This document shows, in pieces, positions 43,205-58,538 of a DNA stretch of 64,000 nt. The notes below the pieces were generated by a model that was not told the origin of the DNA, searched no databases, and worked only from the letters and a program-made list of their open reading frames with translations. Source of the stretch: the human T2T-CHM13v2.0 reference genome, Homo sapiens; the NCBI RefSeq assembly GCF_009914755.1, contig NC_060935.1. One strand, given 5' to 3'. The translations under genes were made by a program, and so were the position numbers. Each line of letters opens with the position of its first letter. Within the stretch, counting starts at the first letter, position 1.

Positions 43205-44207
43205 ATATATATATTTATATATATAAATATATAAATAAATATATATAAATATATTGTCACCCAGGTACTAAGCAAAGTACCTGACAGTTATTTTTCCTGA
43301 TCCTCTCCCTCCTGCCATCCTCCTCCCTCAAGTAGGCTCCAGTGTCTGTTGTTCTCTTCTTTGTGCCCATTGGTTCTCATTATTTAGCTCCTGCTTATAA
43401 ATGAGAGCATGTGATATTTGGTTTTTCTGTTCCTACACTAGTTTGCTAAGGATAATGGCCTCTAGCTTCATCCATATTCCTGCAGGGGACATGATCTTGT
43501 TCTTTTTTTATGGCTGCATAATATTTCATAATGTATATGTACTGCATTTCTTTATCCAGTCTACTGTTGATGGGCATTTAGGTTGATTCTGTGTCTTTGC
43601 TCTTGTGAATAGTGCTCCAGTGAACATACGTGTGCATGTATCTTAATGGTAGAATGATTTATATTTCTTTGGGTATGTAACCAGTAATGGGATTTCTGGG
43701 CCAAGTGATAGTTCTGTTTTTAGTTCTTTAAGGAATCACTACACTGCTTTCCAAAATGGTGGAACTAATTTACATTCCCATCAGCAGTGTATAAACGTTC
43801 CCTTTTCTCTGCAATGTCACCATCATCTGTTATTTTTTGACTTTTTAAAAATAGCCATTCTGACAGGCGTGAGATGGTATTTCATTGCAGTTTTGATTTG
43901 CATTTCTCTAGTGATATTGAGAGATTTTCATATGTTTGTTGGCTGCATGTATGTCTTCTTTTGAAAAGTCTCTGTTCATGTCCTTTGTCTACTTTTTAAT
44001 GGGGTTGTTTGATTTTTGCTTGTAAATGTGTTTAAGTTCCTTACAGATTCTGGATATCAGACCTTTGTCAGACGTATAGTTTGCCAATATCTTCTCCCAT
44101 TCTGTAGGTTGTCTGTTTACTCTGTTGATAGTTTCTTTTGCTCTGCAGAAGCTTTTTATAATTAGATCTCATTTGTCAATTTTTGCTTTTGCTATAATTG
44201 CTCTTGG
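43205..44207 (-). mobile_element. 5'-truncated old L1PA (PA13-16-like) with a (TA)n-rich tail, inserted in a MIR
   Basis: 15-bp TSD AAAAATAATAGCCAT at 43190-43204 and 44208-44222; antisense L1 3' sequence. Confidence 0.92.
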
Positions 44208-44924
44208 AAAAATAATAGCCATTTTTATGAGTGAGGCAATTTACCATCTGGTGAGGATCAAGGGATTTGCTTAAGGCCTCATGGTGAATCTTGATACCAA
44301 AAGGGGAAACTGAAGCAGGTGTTCTTATATGTGAACAAGATCAAAATAGTAAAGGCTATTATTGGAAATTTTGCTTTACTAGAGATTGTGTCTGCCATGA
44401 CTCTGTAATAGAACCCTCCAAGTCACAGACCTGTCTCCAGGCACTCAGAATCTTGGGTCTAGAGCAAAACAACTCATTCCATTCATAGGTGGAATGAAGG
44501 CTCCTAGTCACAGGTCAGGATTAGACCAGGAATGGGTGGGTCTGAACCAACTCAATTTAAAAGTCTCAAAGATGACTGCTAAGTGAAACTAGAGAGTCAA
44601 GTCTAGTAAGTGAAATTTTTTCAGTTGAAGAATTTAAAGATGGTGTATTTCCAAGGAATGAAAAGATACAGGCTATGGTCATGTTACTAGATTTCTAAAC
44701 TGAAGAGGGCAAAATGAAAAATAAAATCAATGGATTGTGAGCTTAGGGTTCTTCTGGTTATATCATTCATTTCCCCAACTCAGTTGAGTTCAACACACAT
44801 TTAGTGAGTCCCTGCCATGCAATAGAATTGTGTCCTGTCCTAAATAGCCATTTCTGGCTATTATTATTACATCTGAAGATACAAAGGTAAAGTAGCGTTC
44901 CTGCCCTTTATGGGTTTGGCCTAG

Positions 44925-45105
44925 TCTATTGGTTTCCAAGCCTGCCTGTGGGGCAGAATTATCTAGAGAGCATCTTTTAAATCTCCATCCCAAAAGATTC
45001 TTTCAGAATGTTTGGGGTGAATCAAGGGATTTTGAATTTTTAACAACTTTCATGGGTGAGCCTTATGTACCTTGTGCATTTCTAGCCCATAGCAAGAATT
45101 TGGGC
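44925..45105. mobile_element. MER5-family MITE
   Basis: TGGTTTCCAAGCCTG...AGAATTATCTAGAGAGC...TTTTTAACAAC. Confidence 0.5.
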
Positions 45106-45856
45106 ATAAGTGATCTCATTCAGTTGAACACTGACATAATATAGGATGATGGAGAAGAAGACTGACTTCTTCAAACATGTAATTCTTGAATATATAGAGA
45201 GAGTGAGCAGTAGGTTAGAAGGGGGCTTGGAACAAAAATGGGTAGGGGGATCATTGGTTGATCTCACAATGAGGGTGAAGGTGAAGGAGTGTGGAAAGCA
45301 ATGGTCTGGAAGTCACAGTGAGATTCCAGTAGGACAGACACCCCCAACACAGAGGGAGTATGGAAACTGAAGCCATAGCCATTGAAAAGGCTGTAAGGAA
45401 AGCACCATCGTTGGAGATGCCAGCTTCCTGGTGAGGCATGGAAGTTGTGGGGGGAAGTAGCAATGTGGGGAATAACTTTGGAAAAGCAGTCAAGAAGGGC
45501 AGCAAGAGGAAAGTGTGAGGAGTGCAAATTAACAGGCACAAGATAGGCCAGAGAAGGTGATAGCCTGATTAGCCAGGAAATGAGTTTGGGAGAGAATGGG
45601 TGTACACTTTGTGTCATGACTGTGGAGGACTGAGCTAAGGGAGGACAGGGTCTACAGGTAGACAACATAATTTGCCTGTACTCTGTGTACTGCCACCCTT
45701 CCTCATTAAGCACATAGTTTACAGGCCACCTTATTTTTTATGAATCCCTAAGAAGTGAAATGCTTTTCCCAGATGTCCCAGCAAATTTATTCCAAGATAC
45801 TGAAGAAACAAGACAATTCTCCTTTATAGAACCAAGCCTATGTCCTCCTCGAGTCC

Positions 45857-46143
45857 TTTTATTATTATTTTTTGAGATGGAGCCTTATTCTGTCACCCAG
45901 GCTGCATGAACTCGGCTCACTCAACCTCCACCTCTCAGGTTCAAGTGATTCTCCTGCCTCAGCCTCCTGAGTAGCTGGGATTATGGGCATGCGCCACCAG
46001 GCCCAGCTAATTTTTGTATGTTTAGTAGAGACAGGGTTTCAACATGTTGGCCAGGCTGGTCTTGAACTCCTGGCCTCGAGTCATCTGCCCATTTAGGCCT
46101 CCCAAAATGCTGGGATTGCAGGTGTGAGCCACCATGACCTGCC
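45857..46143 (-). mobile_element. AluS
   Basis: Antisense Alu dimer with a small deletion near 45905. Confidence 0.92.
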
Positions 46144-46724
46144 TCTCTCTCCAGGCTTCTAAGGGGTTTGATAACTTGACATTAAGAGAAATAATAAAGC
46201 TGTCTAACGCCTTGATATGCTGTGCTTTTCTTGGTAAAAATTAAAGGGAGGCTGGAAAACCTTTACTAAAAGAAGACAACTTTGCCTAAGGTTTTTTGGC
46301 TGGCAACAACCCCAGGACTTACATAGAAAGGACAGACTGTCAGCAGGCTCATGGAGAATTCATTGTAATTAGTTCTTAAGCAGCCTGATCCCTTGGTAAA
46401 TTCTGGAGTGAACTCAGTTCAGGAGAAACTGCAACAGCAAATTAGGAGTTAATTGAATGTCATTCATTTCCTCTTTCTCAGCTGCTCCAGGGCTATTTAT
46501 GCAAACTTTTCCTGGGGGAGCCTACCTCTATTCTCTGTAAAGTGTTAATGACAACTTTCTTTGAAGAGCTCTTGCTATTTGCTTGTTCATTCCATGCTTT
46601 ATTATTCTTTCCATAGGGTGATTAGCAGATAAGTAGCATTTCTGTTCCCTCCCCAGGCAGTAGCAATAAAATCTCCTATCCCACATTAACATCATGATTT
46701 ATCATTGATATTCATATCACAGAC

Positions 46725-46950
46725 ATGAATTGGGAGTCAGAGACACGAGCTTGTATTTGAGGTCTGCCACTTCTAGCTATGTTACTAGATTAAGTTACAT
46801 AACCACTCTGAGCTTTATATTTGTTCAGTGGTTATATGGAAGCATAATTGGACCTACTGTTTGGTTGTTGTGTGGATTGAGTGACATGATGCATGCAAAA
46901 TGCTTAGCAAAATGCATTAGTCTCATTAGTGTCCTAAAAGTGGTAGCATA
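46725..46950 (+). mobile_element. MIR
   Basis: TGGGAGTCAGAGA...TCTGCCACTTCTAGCT...AAGTTACATAACCACTCTGAGC. Confidence 0.7.
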
Positions 46951-47435
46951 CTTTAGCTTTACAATCATTATCTTACATAACTATTATTTAATTATTATCT
47001 AAATCAGCCTTATAATAATCTCATGAGGTAGTCAGGATAGTTCTCATTCTGGCATCATTCGTAGCAAAGGCAGGGGATCTATAGGAAAAAGAAAGCACAT
47101 GAATAGATAAATGTATAACATCTTATTTCCTACCTTATTTCAATCAGAGGAGGTGTAGAACTAAGGAACCCAAGTAAGGTCTCCGACAACTGTTTCACCC
47201 TGCCAAATCTCTGTATGCCTAAACCCTGACATTCTTCTTCTGTCCCCTAAGCCAGGACCCACCTACACCCTCTACCACTGGCTTGGAAATTTAGTCTCCT
47301 GCCTACTTTTTGCCAGGATCGTTTTTTGGAAATAGATTCTACTCTGTACTAGCAGCACACAGGGTCCCCATTCTAGCTGTTGCTGGATTAGGAATATTAG
47401 TGTTACACACCTGGTTATTGCATGTAGAAGTTTAA

Positions 47436-47610
47436 GACTGGATGCATAATTTGTGGGGCCCAGTGCCCAAGGAAAACATGGGACTCCTTCTTCAAAAAGT
47501 ATTAAACATTTCAAGACAGGGACAGCAGAGCATTAAACCATGCACGAGGCCCTTCTGACTGCAGGGCCCTCTGTGACTGCCCAGGTTGCTCACCCAGGAA
47601 GCTGATCTTC
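47436..47610. mobile_element. MER45A-like hAT-Tip100 element
   Basis: CATAATTTGTGGGGCCCAGTGC...ACAGCAGAGCATTAAACCA...GGCCCTTCTGA. Confidence 0.7.
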
Positions 47611-47809
47611 AATTTAGCTGAAGATCTGCAATTTCACTTGTAAAGTGTTCCTTTGAAATTGCTTACTTCATTCATTAATCAATTTATTCTTTTAACAAAT
47701 ATGTTTCTGAGCTGCTGCTATATATATGTCACACATCAGTCTAAGTCTGAAGATATACCATTAAAAAAATAAGCAAGGTTCCAACTTTCGTGATATTTAC
47801 TATTATAGG

Positions 47810-48478
<669 letters not shown>

Positions 48479-50137
48479 TGTAGGGGTGCGAGAGACTATA
48501 GACAAGTGATAAATTAAACAAGATAATTATGAATTCTGATGAGGACTCTGAAGGAAATATATGGGTGATGAAATCTCATTCCTACCTTTGAACAGGGCAG
48601 GAAGACCCTTTGGAGGAGCCGATAATTGAATTGAGTCCTGAAGGACAAAAATGTGCCAGCCATTCAGAGTGCCAGAAAAAAAAGCCTTCCAGGTAGAGGC
48701 AACAGTGAGATCGATGGCCTAGGGGTGGGAAAACTCCTGGTTTATCCTATGGATAGAATGAGGTCAACATGGCTGCAGCATCTTGAGAAGGTGGGGAGGG
48801 TACAAAGTGAGACAGAGAGGTAGGCAGGATGTATGGCTCAGGATCTGAGGCCTTGGTAAGGAGTTAGGGCTTTACTCTGAGAGCAAATAAAAGCTATTAA
48901 AGGATTTTAAATAGGGAAGTGGTTCAATCTGATATAAATATTTTTTTGGAAGTCTTCTCTGGCTGTTGTGTGGAGAATGTGTTTTAGGGAGGACAAGAAT
49001 GAAAGAAAAGAGACAAAATTGGACACTATTAGAGTCCAGGAAAGAGATGAAAGTGGTTTGGATTCAGGTGGCACTGGATTTGGAGAAATGTAGAAGACTT
49101 TGGGATATATTTTGAAGGTGGCACCTACCCAGCTTGGTGATAAACTGGCCTAGGAACTGAAGAAAAGGGAGGTTTAAAGACTGTTTCCTAAGCTTCTAAC
49201 TTGATCAACCGAAGGCTTATGGTGGCACCATTAACTAAGATTAATTGATTCAGTAAATATTTATTGACTGCCTACTACATTATAGTCACTCATCTAGGAT
49301 ATAGTAAATAGCAGTGAACATAACAAAAGAGGCCAATAATCAAATATACACATAACTATATAAAATTTGAAAGGATGACAAATGCAATGGAGAAAACTGA
49401 AGGAGAGATAGAGGGAGGCGAAGGCCATGGGAGATTTTAGAGGTAAGAGAAGGTGCCTGAGTATAAAGCAACTCCAAATAGAACTCGACTCCAAGTAAAA
49501 GATGATGTTTCTATTTTCCCAGTTAGAATAACCACTCCCTTCAAAAGTTGTCTTTGGCTAATTCATACTATTTAATTTAGTTTAACACATATCTTTAAAA
49601 TCACATATTACATAAACTAATATAAATATAAAAGTATACCTTTAAAATAAATTACATTAAATTTACCATTTTCTTCACTATGTCCATGTCTGTTTTTTAA
49701 ATTTTACAGAATCAAAAAATTTAATGTATAGTAGCAATATTAATCATCATTACAGATTTGGCTTGAGAAGTATTTCTCAAAATCTGTAAAGACCTGAATG
49801 TAAAGTGAATTTTTTTATTTTTCTAAAATATGATTTGGGATAATAGCTAACTAAATGAACGAATGAATGAACCAATCAACCAATCAATCAATCAGTCCTT
49901 ACCATGTTCAGACTCATGCAATGCTCATCCAGGAGAGTGGAAAAGCACTTACTGGCAGAGCAGAGGAGGAGGCCAGGTAGCAGAGAGCGCAAGCATTCCC
50001 CTTCAGATGTCAGAATACATAAAGGAGATAGAATGTTATCATTTCTATTCTATCTATTCATTTTCTTTACTTAAAAGATCAAGAAGCAGAGAGAGAGAAA
50101 TGGGAGGTAGGGAGAGAATTTAAAAATACATTGGAAA

Positions 50138-50426
50138 GCCCAGGCGTGGTAACTCACGCCTGTAATCCCAGCACTTTCGGGAAGTCGAGGTGGATGGATC
50201 GCTTGAGTCCAGGAGTTTGAGACCTGCCGGGACAACATGATGAAACCCCATCTCTACAAAAAATACAAAAATTAGACAGGCACAGTGGCATGCGTCTGCA
50301 GTCCCAGCTACCTGGGAGGGTGTGGTGGGAGGATTGCTTGAGCCTGGGAGGTCACGGCTGCAGTAAGCCATATTCGTGCCACTGCACACCAGCCTGGGTG
50401 AAAAAGTGAGACCCTGTCTCAAAAAA
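50138..50426 (+). mobile_element. AluJ
   Basis: J-type GGAGGATTGCTTGAGCCTGGGAGGTC. TSD AAAAAT(A/G)CATTGGAAA at 50122-50137 and 50427-50442. Confidence 0.93.
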
Positions 50427-50483
50427 AAAAATGCATTGGAAAACTTAAAAATGTACAAGGAAGTTGACATATATTTCCTTTAA

Positions 50484-50989
<506 letters not shown>

Positions 50990-51109
50990 TTTTAAGCCAT
51001 TTTTCTATTTTTTCTCTTTTTTCCCTAAATCAACTTTGAATGCTACTTTTTAACTTAACATTTAAAAAATATGTTATTTTTAGTGGCTGCATAGTTTTTC
51101 ATCTTATCA

Positions 51110-51272
51110 TTTATTTATTTATTAAAACAGAGTCTCATTCTGTCACCCAGGTTGGAGTGCAGCCGCCATCTCCGGTCACTGCAACCTCTGCCTCCCCGGT
51201 TCAAGTGGTTGGCCTGCCTCAGCCTCCGCAGTAGCTGGGATTCCAGGCACCGGCCACCACGCTCGACTGATT
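51110..51272 (-). mobile_element. Isolated, atypically diverged Alu right monomer
   Basis: GAGTCTCATTCTGTCACCCAGG...CCTCAGCCTCC..AGTAGCTGGGATT. Confidence 0.85.
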
Positions 51273-51568
51273 TTTTTATTTGTTTGTTTGTTTTTTGAGA
51301 CAGAGTCTCGCTCTGTGACCCAGGCTGGAGAGCAGTGACGCGATCTCAGCTCACTGCAACCTCTGCCTCCTGGGTTCAAGCAGTTCTCCTGTCTCAGCCT
51401 GCGGAGTAGCTGGGACTACAGGGACCTGCCGCCACGCCTGGCTAATTTTTGTATTTTTAGTAGAGATAGGGTTTCACCACATTGGTCAGGCTGGCCTTGA
51501 ACTCCTGACCTCAGGTTATCCACCCACCTCGGCTTCCCAAAGTGCTGGGGTTACAGGCGTGAGCCACC
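51273..51568 (-). mobile_element. AluS lacking its first ~10 nt
   Basis: Antisense dimer ending GTGAGCCACC without the expected GCGCCCGGCC. Confidence 0.92.
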
Positions 51569-51737
51569 TCTCACTGACATTCGATAACATTCTATATCTT
51601 GTATGTATTCTGACATCTGAAAGGGAAAGGAAAGCTGTGAATAATGCTTCCAAGGACCGCTACTGTGTGGGACCCGTATATTTCCTTTACAGAGGTGCTG
51701 TGACAATGAAGAAATGTACATATATGCCTTTATGGTG

Positions 51738-52090
51738 TGATATGGTCCAGCTGTGTCTCCACTCAAATCTCATCTTGAATTGTAGCTCCCATAATTCCCA
51801 CATGTGGGAGGGACCTGGTGGGAGATAATTGAATCATGGGGGTGGTTTTCCCCACACTGTTCTCCTGAATAAGTCTCATGAGATACAATGGTTTTATAAG
51901 GGGTTTCCCCTCTTGCTTGGCTCTTGTTCTGTCTTGCCTGCTGCCATGTAAGACATGCTTTTTGCCTTCTGCCATTATTGTGAGGCTTCCCCAGCCATGT
52001 GGAACTGTGAGCTCATTAAACCACTTTTTCTTTATAAATTACCCAGTCTGGGTCATGTCTTTATTAGCAGCGTGAGAACAAACTAATACA
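51738..52090 (+). mobile_element. THE1 solo LTR
   Basis: TGATATGG...CTAATACA with a perfect 5-bp TSD TGGTG at 51733-51737 and 52091-52095. Confidence 0.95.
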
Positions 52091-53180
52091 TGGTGTCTGG
52101 CTCACAGTTGGTTCTCCATACTTGGTAGCTAGGATCACAGGAGGTTGTGTGGCAGACAGAAAAGAGTAGGCCCTTAAGGGGCCACCAGAGCTTGGCTCAA
52201 ACCCAACGCTACTTCTGCTTGTCACATGATCTTGGTCAATTTAGTTAACTTCTCTGCTTTTTGTGAAAATTACATGGCACCTATGTAGAGTGGGCACTTA
52301 GTCAATGATAGCTATTATTATTGTCATTATTTTAAAAAATGATGACTATACTGATAATTATTTTAAAGTACAAACACCAAACATGGTTTCTGTTCTTGGG
52401 CAGAGTATGTGGGGGGGGACATGGGGAGGAAGAGGTACCAGGAGGAGATTGGTGAATAAACTTCAAATGCCCAGTTGTACCTTGTGTAGAAATAGGCCAC
52501 AGAGGGAGAGAAGAAAACAAATACTTTCACTCCGCCATTTTTATCTGAGAAGATTGCAGTTATTCTTCAGAGAAGATAAAGAGCTGGGAGAATTTGAGTT
52601 GGGGGATAGGGCCCAAGATAGGGATGGAATAGGCCAGGAAACCAGAGTAACAGGCATGGAGGGTTAGAAGAGGGGAAGCAGAAATGTGCCCATTTTCCCT
52701 CTCTGTTCACCCAAGACCTGTGGTCTGTGGTCTCCTTCCTGATGAAACAATTGCCTTATTAATTTCCAGGTTCTGTTTGGTGGAGGCGGCAGCCAGCAAT
52801 ATTGGTTTGTTTTATATTTATAGACGTCATCAATCCTTTGATGCCTTTAATCTTTGCTGGGCAATGCAATTCTTTCTGTTATTTCTCATGAAAGGCTAAA
52901 AAAAAAGCTAACTAAATTATGCCAACCCCTATGTAGGAAAGAGGCTGACATTTTACAAGCAGCAATAATTTTACCACATTACTACTGGGCAATAATCCTT
53001 TTTAGGAGCGGATATTTATATTTGTCTAATCAGGGAGATGGTGTTACACTCCATTGACTGATATGTTAAAATTACCTACAATTTCTCCCTTTTCTACACA
53101 GAAATATAAGTACTAGATTAAGCCAGGTTTAGTGACAGTTTTACCAAATGAGTTATGTTTTACAATAAGAAGAAACAGAC

Positions 53181-53183
<3 letters not shown>

Positions 53184-53215
<32 letters not shown>
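53184..53215. repeat. (AC)16 microsatellite
   Basis: Read directly. Confidence 0.97.
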
Positions 53216-53218
<3 letters not shown>

Positions 53219-53239
53219 TTAGCATTAGAAAAACCACTC

Positions 53240-53420
53240 TACACTGCTACATCATTTGCTAACTTTGCAGACTTGTGCGATCTGTGACTCACTCAGTTTC
53301 TTATCTTTAAAATGGAATGATATTTATAGTCTCCATTAATCTATTGTGAAGATTAAAATAGATCATTATTTATAAAGCACTTAGCATAGTACCTGACACA
53401 CTAATTGCTCAGTCAATGTT
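53240..53420 (+). mobile_element. MIR
   Basis: CTCAGTTTCTTATCTTTAAAATGG...GTGAAGATTAAA...AAAGCACTTAGCATAGTACCTGACACA. Confidence 0.75.
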
Positions 53421-53831
53421 AACTTCCTGTTTCTCTCCTTCTTCCCTTCCTTTCTTGCAACAGTCTCTGTGCTCAAGGCCATTTGGCTACCAGACAGAAT
53501 TGAGGAGAAACAAACTCAAAGTCAGGAGACACAGCTTTTCCATGTATTACTGGAGTCGGTTTAGGTAAATTAGTTCTCTTAACTCTCCTGTCTGTAAATA
53601 ATGCGGGTAATACTTGTAGTGTCCAGCAACCTAGTTGGTGAGGCATCAGTGGCTCAAAAGAAGAAATGAATGAGAAAGTGTCTTTTAAATAAATAATAAG
53701 GCCAGATTCCTGTGACATTTTGAGTAATCATCCAGGGACTAGGAAAGTAACTGGTCTTTACTGTAACTGCCTTTTAAGTTGCCGGTCATTGTAGGTAGAA
53801 ATTATTTTGAAGGAGGTTCCCAATGGTGAAA

Positions 53832-55340
<1,509 letters not shown>

Positions 55341-55487
55341 AATATGCATATAAATTATCTTGGTAAAATTCTGATTCTGATTATGAAATGTTTGCAGTGG
55401 AGCCAAAGAGTCGAAATTTCTAGTAGGCTACCAGGTGATGCCAATGCTGCTGGTCTGTGGACCATACTTTGAGTCACAAGTGTTTAG

Positions 55488-55825
55488 TAGGGGTTGACAA
55501 ATTATGGCCCATGGGCCAAATCCATCCTGCCACCTGTTTTTGGATGACTCAAGAACTAAGAATGATTTTCACATTTTAAGATTATTTTTAAAAATCAAAT
55601 GAAGAATAATATTTTCTACCACATAAGAAATATATGCAACTCAAACTTCAGCATCCATAAATAAAATTTCATTGGAACGTAGCAACACGCATTCCTTACA
55701 GTTTTGTGAATGGCTGCTTTTGTGCTACAACAGTAGACTTAAGTAGTTGCAACGGGGGCTATATGATTTGCAAAATCTGACATATTTACTATCTGGCCTT
55801 TTACAGGAAAAATTTGCCAACTTCT
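55488..55825 (+). mobile_element. MER58B-like hAT-Charlie element
   Basis: TAGGGGTTGACAAATTATGGCCCATGGGCCAAATCC...TTTGCCAACTTCTG. Confidence 0.82.
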
Positions 55826-56009
55826 GGAGTAGAGGGTAACTTGGATTGTCAAAGAAGTAAATATTATCCTCCAGGGTTTCATTTTATTTTTTTCATTGCT
55901 ATCAGCTTCTCACAGCAGCAGCCTTCTGCCTACTGGCATTTCTCAGCAGACTCAAAGAGTTTGACCCTCTCTTTTTTTTAAGGCACGATGCTGGGCACAT
56001 CAAGTTTGA

Positions 56010-56076
56010 AATGTTATGTAAGTCAGAGTTTACAATGTTATGTAAGTTAGAGTTGCAACATTATATAAGTCAAAGG
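56010..56076. repeat. Minisatellite, 23-24 bp unit, about 2.8 copies
   Basis: AATGTTATGTAAGTCAGAGTTTAC / AATGTTATGTAAGTTAGAGTTGC / AACATTATATAAGTCAAAGG. Confidence 0.85.
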
Positions 56077-57627
56077 CTCCTCTTGTGGGAATTACTGACT
56101 GGACTGTGTCATTTTCCCTTGCTCTTGTTCAGCCTCACTCCATCATACTACCAGATGTGCTCATACACATGGATGTTGTCTAATGTGCAGAGGAAAACTT
56201 TGCTTTAAAGTTTAGAAAACAAAAACAAGTAATTCTATTTATTAACATTATTTGAAAATGGACATTGAGATCTATGTATTTCTACCAAAAAACAGATTAA
56301 TGTAACCTGTTTTAAATGAAATAATGAAATGGGTCTGTAGAACTTGCATCAGCATGAGAGCTTGCTATCCTCAGATAAGACCCTTAAATCCAATTCTTTA
56401 TTCATCATGGAGTCCCAGTTTTACCCCTACCATAAGGGAAAATGACTTAAGGTTTCTGCCCACCTCTTTCACCAAAGTTTGCAAGTCTGAAGTGGTGAAA
56501 AACAAATTACAGCCACTAAATAAAATTTAAAACTCTGAAAAATGTGAGAAAAATTACTGCAAACCAGGCCCTGTAAGTCTGTTCTTCTGAGGTTACACAG
56601 GGCTGCCTGCAGGTACACTAAGATTCTTCTTCCTTGTTCAAGGGGATGACAAAAGCTCTGTCATACATAGTGGTTATTTTGAAAATATGTCAAAAATTTA
56701 ACTTATGAAAAGTCCTGAATCATATCTAAGTACATAAGCCTGGTTTAGTTATTCTTCCTAATGGCTCCAGGTTAAGACTAGTCAACATAATTTTCTCTGG
56801 TTTGGGGGATAGTCAGGAAACCATGGCTGCTGCCTTCAGTGGTGCGTTCTTTATTATTTTTGGCTCCTAACAACCATAACTGGTTCAGACATGTTGACCT
56901 AATCTAGCCATAATAGGGCAGCTTCCTACCAGCTCAGTCCTTATAGAAATTAAGGTGTTAAGAAAGATTGAGTAACCCACATTTCTCTGTGAGCTCTTGT
57001 TTTCATAAGTATACACTGATTTTTGTTTCAGGTACTTTCATGGTTAATAAAATTGTCATTTAAAAATAAATAGAGTAAAAATAAATAAAAATTTAAAATT
57101 ATTTATTAAGTAATTCAGGTACTCATTTGGTACAATAGCCCTATGAAATAAGTTGATTTTTCCATAATGGTTCAATACATTACTCAAAGTCATGCAATTA
57201 TTTCATGGAAGAGACAAAATTCAAACCCCAGGCTCAATGACTCTGGAACTGATACCCTTTAATTTGAATGTATGTTTTTTCCTGACAGAGTAACTCTCAA
57301 ATCCCATTGTTAGAGTCTGCTGTCACATAGACCTGGAAAATTCTACAGGCTGTCTCCCCTTCTTAAAGAGTCATAATGTATACCAGCTTATTAACAGCTC
57401 CAGGCTTATTAATGGCTTCCCTATATAAATCTATGTATATTTGTTTACTCCCACATTTCTCAAATTTATTTTCCCACTGACCCCATCCTCCTACCACTAC
57501 CTTTCTTAACACTACGACTAGCAACAATCTGCAAAACACATTTTGGGAAATATTGCACTAAGTCATTCAGGTCCTGTTGTTGATACTGTAGGGATGTGAA
57601 ATCAATTGAGAGAAAATATTCCAGGAC

Positions 57628-57778
57628 AAAGAGAGAGGGAGGAGAGGGAGAAGAAGAAAGAAGAAGAAGAATAAGAAGGAGAAGAAGGAAGAGGAGGAGG
57701 AGGAAGAGGAAGAGGAGGAAGAGGAGGAGAAAGAAAATAAAGGAGAGAAAACAAGAAGAGAAAAAGAAAAAAAGAAAA
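57628..57778. repeat. Polypurine (GAA/GGA)n low-complexity tract
   Basis: About 150 nt almost entirely A/G. Confidence 0.95.
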
Positions 57779-58094
57779 TGCTATATCGTGACTGAATTGA
57801 AACATGGAAAGAGGGAGGAAGGAAGGACATTCTTCTGGCAAATCACTCATTTATATTCACTAATATAAATGGAATTTTTAATACTTCAATATTTTGTAGC
57901 AATTAATAAAAAAGGTTTGGCAAGCAGCCAGAACATCTTTCAGCTTGTTTTAAGTTCCTGATGGAGGGACACCAAGATTCAGAAGACACAGCCTTTTTCC
58001 TCTATGGGATCATAATATATTATAACATAAAACACAAGGATACAGATAGTATCAATAGCACAGACTGCATGACAAGTGCCCCTGGAAATGTACA

Positions 58095-58538
<444 letters not shown>

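Noticed and set aside
57567-57868. Poly-Ser, poly-Arg and poly-Pro ORFs
   Set aside because: Translations of a simple purine repeat.
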